DNA from: Lepidodermella squamata
Lineage: Eukaryota; Animalia; Gastrotricha
Direction of reading: 5' to 3'
Assembly: GCA_047495785.1 (NCBI GenBank)
Contig: JBLDXI010000042.1
Location: 310,001 to 374,000 of the forward strand
Length of the DNA: 64,000 nt
The position numbers were made by a program, and so were the translations under genes. The notes beneath the pieces were generated by a model. The model ran no database searches. It was not told the origin of the DNA and was given only the letters and a program-made list of their open reading frames with translations. This document shows positions 59,643 to 64,000 of this stretch, piece by piece (within the stretch, counting starts at the first letter, position 1; each line of letters opens with the position of its first letter).

Positions 59643-60295
59643 AATGTTGTTCAAGCTTTGTCAAAATAAATCTTTACCGGACACTTTTTAAGGAAGCTCA
59701 ACAAACAGCTATTCTGCCTCGCTTTTTTGAATAACTCCATAGCCATGAAGACTGTCTCAACGCGGTTTTTGCCAGTCGATAGATCTAGTCTGAGGTGATC
59801 TTTCATCAAATTTTCGTCAGAAAGGGGTTTGGGAGACGAAAATGCTGCCCGCGTGTTTTATTTAAAATTCTCATGTTCGAAAAATGGCATTTTACAGGAT
59901 ATGAGGTTGGCTGGCATCATCCAGTGAAAAGGCTTTATCAGAATTTTTTCTTAGCTGGGACTTGGGTCAATAACGCGCCGTCAACAGGGAAATTTGAATT
60001 AGCGCTCACAGAGAAGGTCTCTTATCCACCAACCGCGATCGGAAATTGTTTTGCGGAATTTTTGATTGATCAGTGCCAATTTTATGAAACCTCGGAGAGT
60101 CGTGCAATGTTTGTTTCGGGAATCGGTGACTTGGATCAATCACGTTCATTCATGAGTTCAACGTTGTTTTTCTACGTAGGTGTTGTTGTTTTGAAAAAGT
60201 AAATCACGCTCGTGCCTCGAGCCAGGCGAGAAAACACGTGATTTTTAAAAACGTTTAGGAAATTTTTCAAGCATTCATTTTCACATAAAACAGCA

Positions 60296-63200
60296 ATGAA
60301 AAGCATTAACTCAATAATCCTGTTGATTTCGTTCGCGTTCAACGGCCAGGCATCGGGCCAAGTCTTCAAGCGATGCTTCCAGGTGACCAACAATGCATTT
60401 ACGTCGTGCCGCGATAACAGCCCAACTTGTGATCCTATTACCGAGTATCAGGTATTTTTATTGACTAATTATTCGAGTGAATCCCAGCTTTCCATTGAGA
60501 GGAAACTTCGATTTTTCAAATGAATATTTTTTAATCTAGTGGGGTCCTTTATTCGATGATCTAACGACGTGCCGCTCAGGGGTGAGGAAAATATGCTATA
60601 TCCATCTCGGTTCTATTTATTTCTGAAATAGAATGCTAAAATGTGCTACAAATACGGTGCTCTAACAACTCGATGCAATCCTGGTCTCGGCAACTGCAAA
60701 TTAACAGGCGAACCAGCTGCCGACAGAGAAATCGAGGTTGATTCCAAGCTCAATAATGTCGCATTTTATATAATTAATGTCTAATTTTTAATCAATTTCA
60801 GCTCAGCTGGTTTAGGAATACCGCGCTGAAGGACAGTCTGGCCGCTTGCAATAGCGCGAGGTCGAAATTCACGGTACGGCCGAAAATAACCTACATTAGA
60901 AATAGCTAATGACCATATTATCTGTAAATTCACAGGATCAAGCCTTCAAACGATGCACAGACAACGGATCGGTGAAAACATGCGTTCCGGCCAATGTTAC
61001 CTGCCCTGAGAACTGGGTTTGAGCAAAAAATTCTCAACATACTGGTCATTTTATTTGTTTATTTGTTGATTGCAGCTCGAAAGTGGCCCATTCGATAATT
61101 TAAGTCTCTGCATCACTGGGACGCCACGTAAGATTTTTGAATTTATTGAATGAGCTTTGTTCACCACGCTCGGTAATAGTTCAAATTCCAGACAGCGAGA
61201 AACCTCACGTCAGGTGCTTCAGCTCGTCAAACGAAAGCTTCATCGATTGCCGCCTCGCGAAAACTGGCTGCCAGGCTGGGTCTGAAACGCAATAATTTTC
61301 GTCTGCGACGTTTAGCAACAGAGCTAACTGCATAAAAGGGGTAAAAATCGAGTTAATATAATACATTATCTGAGTTGGATTTTTTAATAAATTCACAAAA
61401 TCAAAATCATTACTGTGAGACTGAACGCAAGAAAAGGCATGACTTTTTTAATTTTCTTGTGGCGGCCTCATATCTAATGAAAATTAATTTTTATGAAAAG
61501 TCTTTAACTTCAGATATGTTGTGCATTTGATCCTATTTTTTTATAGAGAGCCGTCCAATGTGTCACAAGCAAAGGCAAGCAGTGCTATGGAGCTTTTCCG
61601 AGTGGTACCCGGGTGAGCCAGCTATTCAGCGAGCTGTCGGATCAGTAACGTTGTTACTTCATTTCAGATAAAAGTATATGGCAACTCAACGACGTTCAAG
61701 GAAAATCATGACGCCTGTAAGCGCGAGAAAACAGAGATACAGGCATGTTTCGAAAACATCAGTTGAATGTCAATTTTTTTTGAATTATTGGGAGAATTTG
61801 GCCAGGTGTTTGGGCCGAATCGGGCAGCTCAATCTTTTTAAATGGATAAATAATGCTTTTCCCAATTTGTTTTTTTTTACTTCATAACATTATTAATTAA
61901 TTTTCAATAATTAAAATTAATGAAGTAGGATCTTCGACGTTCAGCCCCAAAATTTTCTGACCGAAGGGCTCTTCTGTGGCTATTTTATTATTTTGTTGCC
62001 TAGTAGAAAATCGAGTGAAGAAACCGTTTTTGAGCTTAAAATATTCAGAATTTCAAACATTGTGACGCCGAAATTGCGTCTCAAGAAAAATCTGAACATT
62101 AAAACTCGCCGAAATTGCAGCAGAACCGGCTCATTTTTCGCCCACTGTCCTCATTTACAAAACCATCCTCGAATACAAAAATTCAGCCTATAAGACCTGT
62201 TCCTGCAGGCTGCTCTATTGTTAGATTTTTTCTTGCGACGCAATTTCGGCGTCACTATGATTGAACAAATTGCTGTATTTTCAGTACAAACTTTGCACGA
62301 ATGAGCTCCTGATGGCAGCTGTTTGCGTTTCGGTAGCGGAAAGCTGCCCGCAGAATATGGTGACCAGCATTTTCTTCATCTTCGTTCTTTATTTATGCCA
62401 TGTTTTTGAATTTAGACACAAGCCAATGGCACCACGTACGCCACCTTGGACGAGTGCAATCTGCGTGCGTTCAATTGATGAATTCTCAATTTTCTTATAG
62501 GATAACTTTCTTCTCCTTATAGTGACTCCTTTCGGGTTACCACGAAATACGGCTTTCTTCCCTCTCACGCAGGAATACGGCATCCGCGATATCAGTGGCA
62601 ATGGCATTGAATCAGCGATAGTTGGTGGCCAATCGCCCTCGTTCGTAACTGGGCCATTTGACTACCCTAACGCAGCTCTGTCTGTCGGGAATTCAGCCGG
62701 CTATTTTGAAGTGGCCAGTAGCAAGCTGGTTCTTAACAGTTCTTTCACAATCTCTGTTTACGCCGGCTTCACGGATGCCCCTAATGCTTTCGTTCCTATC
62801 ATTGAGTTCTACGACAGCGCCGCGCAATTGCGAATCTATTATAATCCTGCGGCAAACACTGTGGCAAGATACAACGGTAGGAGTCGTTCCCTTATCTATT
62901 CAATGATTCCGTACAATATGTTAACAGACAATGCGGATTCGATGTTCTTCCGCCAATGCAAGCCATTAATTGGAGGATGGGTCTTTATCGCCGTTACTTA
63001 CAATAAAACTACGCAACGATTAGTTGTGCATTGCGACGGGTTTAATTTTCAGCAGCTTATTTATTCGGTCGCTACGAGCAACAAATCAAATTTGGGAGCA
63101 ATTTCGCCAACAACTTAGGTCTTTCTGGCCAAATATCGTGCGTGTCGATCTTTGATCAAGCTCTAACGACCCCACAACTATGGATTGCGAGGAAGAAGTG

Positions 63201-63714
63201 TCTGCAAATTCACGCTGGCAAAACTTTGCTTCCCGAAGCATTGACCACCCTTCTTCCCTCGAACATAGCTATCTGGCCACTTGTGTCAGATTTCAACGAT
63301 GTCGTAGATCCGAGAGCCGATGCCACGCCCCCAAACACGGATTTGCAAAATGGTAGTGGGCCTTTTGCCGTAGAGAACACAGCGTTCCTCTACACAACTG
63401 CTGATCCTATTGTGGTGACTGCTGACAAAGTCAAGCTGGCCGCCGGGAGTTTTACTATCGCCATTCTTCTCTCACGCCCTGTGGCATTGAACATTCCGAT
63501 TCTCGAATTCGCCCCAGACGGATCAACGCTGGGACTTAAAGTTTCAGCTGACACAATCAGTTCCTTAAGCAGCCGTCCATATGGCCAAAATTCAACATCC
63601 TTTGCCATTTCTACGGAAACTGGCTGGGTGCATCTAGCATTAACGTTCGATGCGGGCGGCGATAAGCTGAGTTTATATTCCAGACGGAAATCAGTAGACT
63701 TGGAGCTCAGTTGA
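60296..63714 (+). pseudogene. Secreted multi-exon protein: small 4-Cys repeats followed by tandem LamG/ConA-like domains, with lesions
   Basis: Signal peptide; many tiny GT-AG exons (KRCF..C..C..WGPLFDDLTTC; KRCT..C..C..GPFDNLSLC); FFPL..RDISGNG, SFTIS, GWVFIAVTY, GQISCVSIFDQALT. TAA at 61293 and a frameshift near 63098. Linkage of all exons into one gene is inferred. Confidence 0.6.
62058..62259. mobile_element. Intronic MITE with ~40-bp TIR and CATTGTG/CATAGTG ends
   Basis: cattgtgacgccgaaattgcgtc.caagaaaaa and its reverse complement ending at 62259. Confidence 0.7.
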
Positions 63715-64000
63715 TCGTTTATGTGTATATATTCCTCACATAAACCTCACATAAAACGTCCTCGCCTGCGGCTCGGCCATTATATGTTCGATTTTTCAAC
63801 ATATTTCCTCCTCTATGTCCAATATTTGCATATACCCCGAGGCATAGTAGCATCTACCGATTGCCAGGGCTCCATTGAAATACCTACCCCCACGTTGCGA
63901 AGGTTAAAAAATCATGGAAAATGGGAAAATAAAACATCCAACTTAATTTTTCATCAAAAACTGAGCTTTTCGCCATTTTTAAATCAAACGCTCATTCGGT

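Noticed and set aside
63712-63860. Possible repeat insertion (ctcgcctgcggctcg) truncating the LamG gene
   Set aside because: Boundaries and TSD cannot be defined within the window.

Overview
Eukaryotic, probably animal (invertebrate-like, short GT-AG introns) genomic DNA. The backbone is a tandem array of intronless class C (GABA-B-receptor-like) GPCR genes: Venus-flytrap domain joined directly to a divergent 7TM, with no cysteine-rich domain and almost no C-tail. There are 4 intact copies (5219, 39290, 53956, 57378), 4 disrupted copies (1193, 36642 on the minus strand, 44544, 48981) and one 3' remnant (42387). Several copies share a conserved upstream block. A ~20 kb CACTG-ended CMC/EnSpm-type DNA transposon (7724-27755, TA duplication) interrupts the array and carries a 6-exon transposase and a 3-exon second gene. 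Nested inside it is a very young Ty3/gypsy LTR element (10607-21080, minus strand) with gag, a -1 frameshift signal, pol, an env-like glycoprotein and an unexpected antisense ORF carrying an LC8/dynein-type TQT motif. Also present: a truncated Ty1/copia pol at the left edge, a spliced kinase / ankyrin / Pro-rich / OTU-protease locus (28404-33336) that the ORF track misses, many MITEs, and a secreted Cys-repeat + LamG-like (pseudo)gene at the right end. All calls were read by eye. Exon boundaries were inferred manually and no database searches were run. Some 1-nt frameshifts could be assembly errors.
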